DNA of 27,214 bases, taken from IMG/VR virus record IMGVR_UViG_3300030330_003749, positions 1-27,214 of that record; one strand, 5' to 3'. A model generated the notes under the pieces. The model did no database searches. It saw nothing but the letters and a program-made list of their open reading frames with translations, and had not been told where the DNA came from. Made by a program: the position numbers and the translations under genes. This document shows positions 1 through 9,392 of the stretch, one piece after another. Source of the DNA: a virus. Lineage: Duplodnaviria > Caudoviricetes. Each line of letters starts with the position of its first letter. Position 1 is the stretch's first letter.

Positions 1-40
1 GAATAGTCTTAACCTTGAGAACTATAGGAAGGGTGTAATC

Positions 41-238
41 ATGGGCTTATCTTATAAAGGCTATTATATTAGTTTAAAACCATTAAAAACTGATAATCTA
101 TGGCAGTTGGAACTCGAGAAAAACGGTGGTGAGATTTTACACACGTGGACAATTGACCCAAAAAAAACACTTTTTGAGGTTGAGCAATTTGCTTTAACTG
201 AAGTAGATAAAAAAGTAATGGAGGAACTAAAACAATAA
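41..238 (+). CDS. hypothetical protein (65 aa)
   Basis: ORF with a purine-rich SD-like GGAAGGG upstream and a strong terminator immediately downstream; no recognisable motif. Confidence 0.7.
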   Translation: MGLSYKGYYISLKPLKTDNLWQLELEKNGGEILHTWTIDPKKTLFEVEQFALTEVDKKVMEELKQ

Positions 239-245
239 ATCTAAA

Positions 246-281
246 ACACACGCCCCATACGTGGGGCGTGTGTCTTTTTTT
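246..281 (+). terminator. Rho-independent terminator
   Basis: Perfect 12-bp stem ACACACGCCCCA (246-257) / TGGGGCGTGTGT (262-273), UACG loop, then C and a 7-T run. Confidence 0.9.
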
Positions 282-421
282 CTGAATAGGGGTCTCAATC
301 AAATTCTAAAAATCAAACGTAAAAAAAATTTATTTTTTTTGCTAAAAATTTTTAGACTTATTTAACTTTTACTATAACCTTGTATCAGAAATACATGGAG
401 TGAGGCTTCTAATGAAAGGGG

Positions 422-450
422 TTTATTTTTTGGGGACCCAAGGGTATAGT
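422..450 (+). promoter_or_regulatory. putative sigma70-type promoter for terL
   Basis: TTTATT (422-427) - 17 nt - TATAGT (445-450); the ATG at 459 is 8 nt downstream and has no clear SD. Confidence 0.4.
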
Positions 451-458
451 AAATTGAG

Positions 459-1940
459 ATGACAAATACAGATTTAATGACCACTGACCAATTACGAGAG
501 AGGCTCGAAAAGGTGTGGCTTAAACATATAAAATTATGTCAAGATAACTTCTTATATTTTGTAAAAAACGTTTGGCCTGATTTTATATGTAGAACTGATA
601 GCGATCCAGATAAGTGGGGGCATCATCAACATATAGCATATGAGTTTACAAGGATAGCAAAAAATAAAAAAGGAAGGCTCATAGTAAATATGCCCCCTAG
701 GCATACTAAATCAGAATTTGCATCAATATATTTTCCTGCATGGATGATTGGCAAACATCCTAAGATGAAATTAATGCAGGTATCACATAATGCAGAATTA
801 TCATCGAGGTTTGGTGCAAAGGTTAGGAATTTAATTGATAGTCCAGAGTATAAACAAATCTTTGGAGATGTTAAGCTACGAGAAGATAGTAAGGCAAAAG
901 GACGTTGGGAGACCAATCATGGTGGGGAATATTTTGCAGCGGGTGTAGGCGGTTCTATCACAGGACGAGGGGCGGACTTACTTATTATCGATGATCCACA
1001 CACAGAGCAAGATTCTTTATCAGATAGTGCAATGGAGAGAACTTACGATTGGTATTTATCAGGACCAAGACAACGATTACAACCTGGAGGCTCGATTGTT
1101 CTTGTAATGACGAGGTGGGCAGAAGATGATCTAACTGGCAGATTAATAAGAGCAGAAACTGAACCTAAGGCAGATAGGTGGGAGAAAATTTCTTTTCCTG
1201 CTTTGATAGGTGAAGAAGACCCGAGACCCGTGTGGCCTGAGTATTGGTCGCTAGATGAATTAGAAAAGGTTAAAGCGTCTATATCGATTAGAAACTGGTC
1301 AGCTCAATACATGCAGAATCCTACCTCAGAGGAAGGAGCTATTTTAAAACGTGAATGGTGGCAACCGTGGACCAAAGAGATTCCTACTTTAAAACATGTC
1401 ATACAATCATACGATACTGCATTCAGTAAAAGAGAAACTGCCGATTATTCTGCAATTACCACATGGGGAATATTCACGCCTCACGAGTCTGGGCCAGATG
1501 CTATTATGTTAATAGATGCAATAAAAGGTAAATATGATTTTCCTGAATTAAAAATGGTTGCTCTCGAACAATATAAATATTGGCAACCTGAATCTGTTAT
1601 CATCGAAGCGAAAGCAAGTGGTCAAAGCTTATTACAAGAATTTAGGAGAATGGGAATACCTGTTATGGATTACACCCCTGGCAGAGGACAAGATAAACAT
1701 TCTAGAGTAAATGCATGTGCTCCTATATTTGAATCAGGACAAGTATATTATCCAAGAGATGAACATTGGGCAGAAGAAGTAATAGAGGAGTGTGCAGCAT
1801 TTCCTAATGGAGAGCATGACGATTATGTGGACAGCACCACTCAGGCTATGTTAAGATATCGGCAAGGTTCGTTTGTAACAACTTATTCTGACGAGGATGA
1901 GGTAGAGAGTTATAGGCAAAAAAAATATATATATTATTAG
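459..1940 (+). CDS. terL: terminase large subunit
   Basis: Walker A-like MPPRHTKSE, Walker B LLIIDDP, coupling motif VMTRW, and nuclease acidic motifs SYDTA, IIEAKASG and HDDYVDS. Confidence 0.95.
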   Translation: MTNTDLMTTDQLRERLEKVWLKHIKLCQDNFLYFVKNVWPDFICRTDSDPDKWGHHQHIAYEFTRIAKNKKGRLIVNMPPRHTKSEFASIYFPAWMIGKHPKMKLMQVSHNAELSSRFGAKVRNLIDSPEYKQIFGDVKLREDSKAKGRWETNHGGEYFAAGVGGSITGRGADLLIIDDPHTEQDSLSDSAMERTYDWYLSGPRQRLQPGGSIVLVMTRWAEDDLTGRLIRAETEPKADRWEKISFPALIGEEDPRPVWPEYWSLDELEKVKASISIRNWSAQYMQNPTSEEGAILKREWWQPWTKEIPTLKHVIQSYDTAFSKRETADYSAITTWGIFTPHESGPDAIMLIDAIKGKYDFPELKMVALEQYKYWQPESVIIEAKASGQSLLQEFRRMGIPVMDYTPGRGQDKHSRVNACAPIFESGQVYYPRDEHWAEEVIEECAAFPNGEHDDYVDSTTQAMLRYRQGSFVTTYSDEDEVESYRQKKYIYY

Positions 1941-1950
1941 GAGAAAAGAC

Positions 1951-2397
1951 ATGTCAAAAAAATCAAGAAGAAGAAATAAGATGATCGCAGCTGCCATTTT
2001 AGGTGCAACAGCTTTGGGTGCGATGTCAAAACCTTCAGGAATTTCTGGTGACTCAAGAAGAGATATTAGAAAAGCTATGGTAGGTTCAAGAAATAAAAAA
2101 GATATTATGACCGTTGGTAAAACGATGGTTGGTAGCCCAGTTAAAACTGCTGTAGACTATGATGCAAATCCAAGAGAGAGAAGAGACATCTTAAGTAAAG
2201 CAAAAGCAGCTGCAACTAAAGCAAGAAAAACTGTTGAAAAAAGAAGAGATGCAGGTGATTTATCTCCAACTATGCCAAAAAGACCAGGACAAGAATATGG
2301 ATTTGGTTTTGGATTAATGGCTAAAAAAGGAAAAATGGTAAAAGCTCGAGGCGGTGGATTAGCCAAGGGTGGTATGAAACCAACTAAACTTTATTAA
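1951..2397 (+). CDS. basic hypothetical protein with a C-terminal AKKGKMVKARGGGLAKGG motif
   Basis: SD AGGAG upstream; K/R-rich; short hydrophobic stretch near the N-terminus; stop overlaps the portal start (TAATG). Confidence 0.75.
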   Translation: MSKKSRRRNKMIAAAILGATALGAMSKPSGISGDSRRDIRKAMVGSRNKKDIMTVGKTMVGSPVKTAVDYDANPRERRDILSKAKAAATKARKTVEKRRDAGDLSPTMPKRPGQEYGFGFGLMAKKGKMVKARGGGLAKGGMKPTKLY

Positions 2398-4727
2398 TGG
2401 CTGAAATTGAAAAAGCAATTGTCGAGGATATTGAAACTCCTCAAACTGAGGAAGTAGATGTTGAGGTAGAAGCAGAGGGTTCATCAGATGCAGATGTATT
2501 TACAGCAGTATCAGATGTAGCAGAAAATTTTTACAAAAACATAGCGGAAGATATGTCTGATGATGTTCTTCAAAGAATATCAAATAGATTATTAGATGAT
2601 TATAAAAAAGATAGAGTTTCTAGAAAAGATTGGGAAACTTCTTATACAAATAATTTAGATTTATTAGGTTTAAATCAAAGAGAGATGACTAGACCTTTTA
2701 GAGGGTCTGCTAGTGTTACACATCCATTATTATCTGAGGCAGTGACTCAATTTCAAGCACAGGCTTACAAAGAATTACTTCCATCTCAAGGACCAGTCAG
2801 AACTAAGGTTCTTGGAATGGAAGATGATGCAAAAGTAAATCAAGCACAAAGAGTGCAAGACTTTATGAATTATATGATTACTGAGGAGATGGAAGAGTAC
2901 ACTCCAGAGTTTGATCAATTATTATTTTACTTAGCTTTAGCAGGTTCAGCATTTAAAAAAGTTTATTACGATGAAGTGATGCAAAGAGCTGTTTCTAAAT
3001 TTGTTCCTGCAGAGGACTTAGTAGTTCCATACTATGCTACAGATCTTATGGATTGTGAAAGAATAACCCATGTAATTAAAATGGGAGAGAACGAAATTTT
3101 AAAAAAACAACAAGCAGGATTTTATCGAGATGTTGAATTAAAGCCTACATCGAAAGGTCCATCTGATATTGAAAAAAAATATCAAGAACTTGAGGGAATT
3201 ACACCTTCAGCTGACAAACAATATTCTTATTCAATCTTAGAAATGCACGTAGATTGTAATTTAGAGGAATTTGAAATGCAAAATCCTGAAAAACAAGTTA
3301 AAGTTCCTTACATAATTACAATTGACGAAGGCTCAGGAGAAGTTTTAAGTATATATCGTAATTACGATATCGGAGATGAGACCACAAAAAGAAAAGAATA
3401 TTTTGTACATTTCAAATTTTTACCAGGATTAGGGTTCTATGGTTTTGGATTAACACATATGATAGGTGGATTAAGTAGGACTGCTACGCAATCCCTAAGA
3501 CAACTGCTTGATGCGGGTACATTATCAAACTTACCTGCAGGATTTAAGTCTAGGGGTATAAGAATTCGTGATGATGATCAACCTTTTCAACCAGGAGAGT
3601 TTAGAGATGTTGATGCACCAGGAGGAAATATCAAAGATCAGTTTCAAATTTTACCATTCAAAGAGCCTTCAGCTACATTATACCAACTTATGGGGTTTGT
3701 TGTTGATGCAGGACAGAAGTTTGCTGCTATAACTAACATGGATGTTGGTAATGATATGCAAAATAGAGCTGTTGGAACAACTGTTTCGTTAATGGAACGA
3801 GGTTCGAGGGTCATGAGTGCTATACACAAGAGATGTTATTACTCAATGAGAAAAGAATTTAGACTTTTATCTAAAGTTTTTGCAACATATTTACCACCAA
3901 TCTACCCATATTCAGTTTATGGTGCGGATCGAGCAGTAAAACAGTCAGATTTTGATGAAAGAGTTGACGTAATACCTGTTGCCGACCCAAATATTATGAG
4001 TATGGCACAAAGAGTTACAATGGCAAACGAAAATTTAAAAATAGCTATGTCAAATCCCTTAATGCACAACTTAAGAGAGGCATATCGTAGGGTTTATGAA
4101 GCTTTAGGAACTCAAGATATAGATCAAATACTTAAACCTATGGAAAGACCTGTTCCAAAAGATCCAGCAACTGAAAATATGGATGTTTTAGCTATGAAAC
4201 CGTTAAAAGCTTTTCCAGATCAAGACCATGATGCACATATTAATGCACATAGAGCTTTTATGTCTACAAGAATGGTGCAAATTAATCCACAAGTTTATAC
4301 TGCTTTACAAGCACATATATCTGAACACATTTCATTAAAAGCACAAGGGGAAATTGGAGCTCTAATCGCTGATGACTCTATGATGCAGATGCAATTACAA
4401 TCAGATCCACAAGGTGCACAGGTGGAAATTAATGCTATGGTTGCGAGAAGAGTATCAGAATTAACTCTAGAATTAGCACAATCAGAAGCTATGGGTCAAA
4501 AACAAGATCCATTAGTAATGTTAAAACAAAGAGAATTAGATTTAAGGGCTATGGATTTACAAAGAAAAGCAGATCAAGACATGATGTCAAATGAAATTAA
4601 AGAAAATGAAATAGATGAAAGACTGGACATTGAAAAGATGAAATTAGAGGATAGACAAGATCAAGCTGCAGAGAGAATAAGAATTGCAGAAGAAAAATTA
4701 GATATTGCTAGAAAAAAAGGTAAATAA
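2397..4727 (+). CDS. portal protein (P22-like)
   Basis: 776 aa, follows terL; segments HPLLSEAVTQFQA, LAGSAFKKVYYD and FLPGLGFYGFGL plus a coiled-coil C-terminus are typical of P22-like portals. Confidence 0.88.
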   Translation: MAEIEKAIVEDIETPQTEEVDVEVEAEGSSDADVFTAVSDVAENFYKNIAEDMSDDVLQRISNRLLDDYKKDRVSRKDWETSYTNNLDLLGLNQREMTRPFRGSASVTHPLLSEAVTQFQAQAYKELLPSQGPVRTKVLGMEDDAKVNQAQRVQDFMNYMITEEMEEYTPEFDQLLFYLALAGSAFKKVYYDEVMQRAVSKFVPAEDLVVPYYATDLMDCERITHVIKMGENEILKKQQAGFYRDVELKPTSKGPSDIEKKYQELEGITPSADKQYSYSILEMHVDCNLEEFEMQNPEKQVKVPYIITIDEGSGEVLSIYRNYDIGDETTKRKEYFVHFKFLPGLGFYGFGLTHMIGGLSRTATQSLRQLLDAGTLSNLPAGFKSRGIRIRDDDQPFQPGEFRDVDAPGGNIKDQFQILPFKEPSATLYQLMGFVVDAGQKFAAITNMDVGNDMQNRAVGTTVSLMERGSRVMSAIHKRCYYSMRKEFRLLSKVFATYLPPIYPYSVYGADRAVKQSDFDERVDVIPVADPNIMSMAQRVTMANENLKIAMSNPLMHNLREAYRRVYEALGTQDIDQILKPMERPVPKDPATENMDVLAMKPLKAFPDQDHDAHINAHRAFMSTRMVQINPQVYTALQAHISEHISLKAQGEIGALIADDSMMQMQLQSDPQGAQVEINAMVARRVSELTLELAQSEAMGQKQDPLVMLKQRELDLRAMDLQRKADQDMMSNEIKENEIDERLDIEKMKLEDRQDQAAERIRIAEEKLDIARKKGK

Positions 4728-4843
4728 TGAACTTTATAATAAAATTAATTCAAAAAATTTTTAAATACGATGAGCTAGATATGAGACTAAGAAGGCTCGA
4801 AAGAAAAAATTATTGGAGAGAAAAATATCATGGCAGATCCTAA
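4727..4843 (+). CDS. small hypothetical protein (38 aa, MNFIIKLIQKIFKYDELDMRLRRLERKNYWREKYHGRS)
   Basis: Read manually; ATG overlaps the portal stop (TAATG) and the ORF fills the gap to the next gene. Confidence 0.6.
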   Translation: MNFIIKLIQKIFKYDELDMRLRRLERKNYWREKYHGRS

Positions 4844-5105
4844 AAAAGGCACAGGTAAAAAACCTAAAGGTTCAGATAGAAGATTATATACAGATGAGAA
4901 TCCTAAGGATACTGTAAAAATAAAATTTGCTACACCTAGTGATGCAAGAGCAACAGTAAAAAAGGTGGTTAATATCAATAAACCTTTCGCAAGAAAGATA
5001 CAAATTTTAACTGTTATGGAACAACGTGCTAAGGTTATGAAAAAAAATGAAGTTGTAAAAATTGCAAAAGCAGGAAAAAATAAAATAAGAAGGATATTCG
5101 GATAA
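4830..5105 (+). CDS. basic conserved-type phage hypothetical protein (RRLYTDENPKDTV motif)
   Basis: SD GGAG upstream; K-rich; stop overlaps the next start. Confidence 0.75.
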   Translation: MADPKKGTGKKPKGSDRRLYTDENPKDTVKIKFATPSDARATVKKVVNINKPFARKIQILTVMEQRAKVMKKNEVVKIAKAGKNKIRRIFG

Positions 5106-5800
5106 TGCCACTTACAGAAAAAGGTAAAAAACTCAAAAAAAAATTTAGAGAGCAATATGGTAAGAAAAAAGGCGACTCTGTGTTTTATGCTATGGAAAAT
5201 TCTGGTAAATTAAAAAAAGTTATAAAAGCTAAAGGCGGTAAGGATGCCTCTAAAGATAATTTTGGAGGTTCAGGTGCTGTTGATACTGGAGATTTTGGTT
5301 CAGAGGCTGCAAATATAGCAGCTAATAAAGCTGCAACATCTTTCGTAGGGGACGGAGGACAGAAAAAAATAAAAAATGTAACAGTAACAAAAGGTCCAAA
5401 TCTCATAAACGAAAAACCGTTTGGAATATTCACTCCAGTATCTTATCAATTAGCTACAAAAGCTATTAACTTAGGAAAAAAACAAGCTTTTGAAAGAAAA
5501 AATTTAAAAAAACAAAAAGAAGTAGATGTATTAGGTGGAGAGATGTTAACAACTGCACCACAAAAATTAACCAAACCAAAAGGCACAGGTGACAATGTTA
5601 AACCAATTCAGCCTATTCAACCGATATCCACAACAAAAAAAATTGATCAAACTTTAGTTAAACCTAAAGATAATTTTTTTAATTTTATTTCATATAAAGT
5701 AGGAGGACTTTCAGGTGGAGTTAGTTATGGACCACCACCAAAAAGAGGACCTAATCCTCAAGTACCTCCAATAAAAATGAAAAGAGGAGGACAAAAATAA
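5105..5800 (+). CDS. basic modular hypothetical protein, possible virion-internal protein
   Basis: TAATG coupling at both ends; contains KAKGG, YKVGG and KMKRGG motifs and a Pro-rich C-terminal module. Confidence 0.75.
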   Translation: MPLTEKGKKLKKKFREQYGKKKGDSVFYAMENSGKLKKVIKAKGGKDASKDNFGGSGAVDTGDFGSEAANIAANKAATSFVGDGGQKKIKNVTVTKGPNLINEKPFGIFTPVSYQLATKAINLGKKQAFERKNLKKQKEVDVLGGEMLTTAPQKLTKPKGTGDNVKPIQPIQPISTTKKIDQTLVKPKDNFFNFISYKVGGLSGGVSYGPPPKRGPNPQVPPIKMKRGGQK

Positions 5801-6189
5801 TGTGGTTATCAGCACTAAAATTAGCTGCACAAGCAGGCTCAAAAATTTATGCTAACAGACAAAAAGCTAAGATGGCAATGTCTGAAGCACAATTACTTCA
5901 TGCTGAAAGACAAGCACGAGGAGAGGAACAGTATCAGGGGAAACTGTTAGAGGCCCGACAATCAGACTGGAAGGACGAGGCAGTTTTGATAATTCTTAGT
6001 TTGCCCGTGGCTATTTTAGCCTGGGCTGTCGTATCGGATGATCCGACTGCGATGGACAAGGTAAAATTATTCTTCGAGATGTTCTCGCAGCTCCCATCAT
6101 GGTTTACAAATCTCTGGATTCTTGTCGTGGCGAGTATTTACGGAATAAAAGGAACTCAAATCTTTCGTAACGGTGGAGGAAAAAAATGA
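5800..6189 (+). CDS. putative holin (GTA-type 3TM holin-like)
   Basis: SD GAGGAGG; two clear hydrophobic segments (AVLIILSLPVAILAWAVV, WFTNLWILVVASIYGI) after SDWKDE; basic C-terminus. Confidence 0.6.
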   Translation: MWLSALKLAAQAGSKIYANRQKAKMAMSEAQLLHAERQARGEEQYQGKLLEARQSDWKDEAVLIILSLPVAILAWAVVSDDPTAMDKVKLFFEMFSQLPSWFTNLWILVVASIYGIKGTQIFRNGGGKK

Positions 6190-6347
6190 TATGGAAATTA
6201 ATCAAAAAATTAATAAATAAATTTATCTTCACAAAAGAGCAAGAAAAAATACAAAAAAGAATTGATTATTCAAAAATGAATTTAGGAGATTTAAAAAAAC
6301 TAAAGGCAGAGGGTAAAATAAAAGATATTTATCCACCCTATATTTAG
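6186..6347 (+). CDS. small hypothetical protein (53 aa, MIWKLIKKLINKFIFTKEQEKIQKRIDYSKMNLGDLKKLKAEGKIKDIYPPYI)
   Basis: Read manually; ATGA overlap with the holin stop and SD GGAGG upstream. Confidence 0.65.
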   Translation: MIWKLIKKLINKFIFTKEQEKIQKRIDYSKMNLGDLKKLKAEGKIKDIYPPYI

Positions 6348-6349
6348 TA

Positions 6350-6379
6350 TTGCAATTTATTTTTATAGATATATAGATT
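6350..6379 (+). promoter_or_regulatory. putative sigma70-type promoter
   Basis: TTGCAA (6350-6355) followed by TATAGA (16-nt spacer) or TAGATT (18-nt spacer); the ATG at 6384 lacks an SD. Confidence 0.4.
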
Positions 6380-6383
6380 TCAA

Positions 6384-6590
6384 ATGAATCTTAGATTAGC
6401 TTTAACACAAGCGTTGGAAGATAAATATAATTCAGAAATTTCAAGTGCAGATGCAACAATTCAAATATACTTAAGTAATTCAGTGGGAATTGGTGAGCAT
6501 CCTCAACATCTAGAGGAAATAGATAAGTTGCTCCAAAAAATAGTAGATGCAGAGGAAAAAATAAAAGCTCTTCAGGCTTTCAAGGTATGA
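6384..6590 (+). CDS. conserved-type phage hypothetical protein (VGIGEHPQHLEEIDK motif)
   Basis: Helical 68-aa protein; ATGA overlap with the next gene. Confidence 0.75.
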   Translation: MNLRLALTQALEDKYNSEISSADATIQIYLSNSVGIGEHPQHLEEIDKLLQKIVDAEEKIKALQAFKV

Positions 6591-7165
6591 TCGAGGGCGA
6601 TAGTAAAGAATATGAAATATTAAAAGAAGCTTGTGAATCTTTAACAGGTGATGATTTTTTTACTGCTGAAGTGGGTGTTCGAAGAGGGCTAGGATCTAAA
6701 TTAATCTTAATGAACTTAGAACATAAAAGACACTGGCATATAGGTATCGATCCATATGGTAATTTAAATTATCAGCATTATGATAATAAAAAACCTACCA
6801 CAGCTGATTATACAAATGATATGAAACAAGAGTTAATCAAAGATTTAAATTATAAAAATTTTTCGTTATTTCAAATGGAAGATGACGAATTTATGAAAAG
6901 ATTTGCAGATGGTGTTCCAATTTATAGAGAAAAAAAAGAAATTAGAAATATATATGATTTAGTTCATTTTGACGGTCCACACAGATCATTGGACGTAATT
7001 AGAGAGTCAATTTTTTTTGCAGAAAGATCACATTCAGGTAGTGTTTTTATCTATGATGATTACCCTAAATATGATATGCAAACAATATTAAGTATAATAG
7101 TTAATCAATATGAATTTATGTTGTTAAAACAAGGTAAAAATAAAATATCACTCAAAAGAAAATAA
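6587..7165 (+). CDS. class I SAM-dependent methyltransferase (Methyltransf_24-like)
   Basis: Motif I-like EVGVRRGLGS, motif II GIDPY, YDLVHFDGPH and VFIYDDY. Confidence 0.75.
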   Translation: MIEGDSKEYEILKEACESLTGDDFFTAEVGVRRGLGSKLILMNLEHKRHWHIGIDPYGNLNYQHYDNKKPTTADYTNDMKQELIKDLNYKNFSLFQMEDDEFMKRFADGVPIYREKKEIRNIYDLVHFDGPHRSLDVIRESIFFAERSHSGSVFIYDDYPKYDMQTILSIIVNQYEFMLLKQGKNKISLKRK

Positions 7166-7368
7166 TGTTAGATCATTATACAGTAGAAGCGATAAGAACT
7201 AAAATTAACAAACAAATAGAGGATGTGAAAGATCATATATGTTATGGGGTTGAAACAGAATCTCAACTGATGTATGCTAGGGGTAGACTCAGCGGATTAG
7301 AAACGCTGCTTCAGGATATTATAAACCTGCATAAGGAGGATAACGATGGTACAATTGATAAAACCTAA
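7165..7368 (+). CDS. hypothetical protein (helical, Y..G.L.GL motif)
   Basis: TAATG coupling; lies directly upstream of the GroES-like gene. Confidence 0.7.
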   Translation: MLDHYTVEAIRTKINKQIEDVKDHICYGVETESQLMYARGRLSGLETLLQDIINLHKEDNDGTIDKT

Positions 7369-7789
7369 ACTTACTGATTTTGGTAAAGACCAAAAAAAAG
7401 AAGAAGAGGTTAAATCACAAATTCCAACAGATCCAAAAGGCATCAAAGAATATCTTGAAATCATACCTAATCCAGTCGGATACAGAATGCTTGTTAGACC
7501 TTGGTCTGGCAAAGCTAAAACTAAAGGTGGTCTATTATTAGCAGATGAAACTCAAGACAAAATACAAATGACAACTGTCGTAGGTTTAGTCGTAAAATTA
7601 GGTGACCTTTGTTATGAAGATAAAGAAAAATTTCCGAATGGTGCATGGTGTAAAGAAGGAGAATTTGTTATTTATGGCAGATACTCTGGAAATAGATTTC
7701 AAACTAAATATGGTGAACACCGTATACTCAATGATGACGAAATAATAGGAACTATAGGAAAGCCAGAAGATATTCTCCATTTATTTTAA
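7346..7789 (+). CDS. groES: GroES-like co-chaperonin (Cpn10)
   Basis: PVGYRMLV...KTKGGLLL mobile loop, VVKLG, GEFVIYGRYSG and ILNDDEIIG match the Cpn10 pattern; SD AAGGAGG. Confidence 0.88.
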   Translation: MVQLIKPKLTDFGKDQKKEEEVKSQIPTDPKGIKEYLEIIPNPVGYRMLVRPWSGKAKTKGGLLLADETQDKIQMTTVVGLVVKLGDLCYEDKEKFPNGAWCKEGEFVIYGRYSGNRFQTKYGEHRILNDDEIIGTIGKPEDILHLF

Positions 7790-7801
7790 AGGAGGATAAA
7801 A

Positions 7802-8863
7802 ATGGCAGAAGTAAAAGACTATAGTGCAGAAGCTCTATTAGCCAAAGAAAAAGAAGTCGAACTTGATACTGACGATGTAAAGGAAGAAAATGTTGAGATC
7901 AAGGAAGATGAAAAAAAAGAAAAAGAACCCAACTTAAATGTTGGAGAAGTTGACCTAGGTTATACAGGTCATGAAAAACCTTCTGATGAAAAAAAGGAAA
8001 AACCAGAAATAGAGATAACCGAAGAAGTTAAGGAGGAGGTTGTTGAAAAAAAGGTCGAACCTAAATCAGAAGAAAAACCAAACCTGAGTGATTCAAGAAG
8101 AGATTATCAAAAAAGAATTGATAAACTTGTTTTTCAAAAAAAAGAAGCTGAAAGAAGAGAAAAAGCAGCTCTTGAATATGCTCAAGGTATACAAAAGAAA
8201 TTTGACACTAATCTTAAAAAGTTGAATTCTACTGATGATCAGTATCTAAAAGAATTAGATGCAAGGGTAGATGCTCAGAGAGAACAGGTCAAAATAGCTC
8301 TTCAACAAGCAATCGAAAAACAAGATGCTTCTAAAATGATGGAGGCAAATGATAAGTTAACTCAATTAGCTGTAGAAAAAGAAAAAGCTAGATTAGAGAT
8401 AACAAATCGAGAAGAAAAAAAGAAACTTGCGGAAGAAAATAAACAACAAAAAAACGTACAAGCTGATACCTCAAACAGCGGAACATCAGATTCTATGCCA
8501 CAAATTACTCCAAAAGCTAAGAAGTGGGCCGAGGAGAACTCTTGGTTTGGAACTGATGAAGTCATGACTAATGCTGCTATCACAATTCACAACAATATTT
8601 CACAAGAGGGTATTGAAGTAGATAGTGATGAGTATTATAATGAAGTAAATTCAAGACTAAGGAAATATTTTCCTGATAGTTTTGATGCTACTAAAGACGA
8701 GCCTAAAAAAGAAGCATCTAAACCCGTCCAAACAGTTGCTTCGGCTGGTCGTAGTCAACAAGGACGCAGAACTGTGAAACTCACAAAATCACAGGTAGCA
8801 ATTGCTAAAAGATTAAATGTGCCACTAGAGGAATATGCTAGATACGTGAAGGAGGATAAATAG
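7802..8863 (+). CDS. putative capsid scaffolding protein
   Basis: Acidic N-terminus, long coiled coil, C-terminal LTKSQVAIAKRLNVPLEEYAR helix-turn-helix; upstream of the head genes; SD AAGGAGG. Confidence 0.7.
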   Translation: MAEVKDYSAEALLAKEKEVELDTDDVKEENVEIKEDEKKEKEPNLNVGEVDLGYTGHEKPSDEKKEKPEIEITEEVKEEVVEKKVEPKSEEKPNLSDSRRDYQKRIDKLVFQKKEAERREKAALEYAQGIQKKFDTNLKKLNSTDDQYLKELDARVDAQREQVKIALQQAIEKQDASKMMEANDKLTQLAVEKEKARLEITNREEKKKLAEENKQQKNVQADTSNSGTSDSMPQITPKAKKWAEENSWFGTDEVMTNAAITIHNNISQEGIEVDSDEYYNEVNSRLRKYFPDSFDATKDEPKKEASKPVQTVASAGRSQQGRRTVKLTKSQVAIAKRLNVPLEEYARYVKEDK

Positions 8864-8865
8864 TT

Positions 8866-9336
8866 ATGAGTACAATTAAGAGAACTTCACGGGAGTCAGA
8901 AAACAAAGCTTCAAAAGAAGCTAAAAAAACCTGGACTCCACCATCCAGTTTGGATGCACCACCTGCACCGAACGGGTACAGTCATAGATGGATTCGTACT
9001 AACGTTCAAGGTTTTGAAGATACAGCTAATGTATCTAAAAAATTGAGGGAGGGTTGGGAATTTGTTAAAGCTGATCAAATAAAAGAAGAGATTGGTCAAA
9101 ACAATTACCCTTTCTATACCGAAGGAAGATACGAGGGGTGTATAGGAATTGGAGGCCTTGTGCTGGCAAGGATACCAGAAGAGATTTTAGTCTCACGTGC
9201 TGAGTATTTTGATAAAATTACTCAAGACAGAATGAACGCTGTGGACAATGATCTTATGAAGGAACAGCACCCAGACATGCCAATCAATATTGATAGGCAG
9301 TCAAGAGTGACCTTTGGTGGTAGTCGCAAAAAATAA
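8866..9336 (+). CDS. conserved-type head-module protein
   Basis: WTPPSSLDAPPAP..YSHRWIR and KKLREGWEFV motifs; between the scaffold and capsid genes; SD AAGGAGG. Confidence 0.7.
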   Translation: MSTIKRTSRESENKASKEAKKTWTPPSSLDAPPAPNGYSHRWIRTNVQGFEDTANVSKKLREGWEFVKADQIKEEIGQNNYPFYTEGRYEGCIGIGGLVLARIPEEILVSRAEYFDKITQDRMNAVDNDLMKEQHPDMPINIDRQSRVTFGGSRKK

Positions 9337-9355
9337 TTTTTTTGTAATTGCTGCT
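9316..9355 (+). other. long GU-rich RNA hairpin spanning a stop codon
   Basis: GGTGGTAGTCGCAAAAAA (9316-9333) pairs with TTTTTTGTAATTGCTGCT (9338-9355) at 17 of 18 positions, 6 of them G-U. Confidence 0.45.
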
Positions 9356-9392
9356 GGGTTATTAAAATAAACTGTTAAAGGAGAAAATAACT

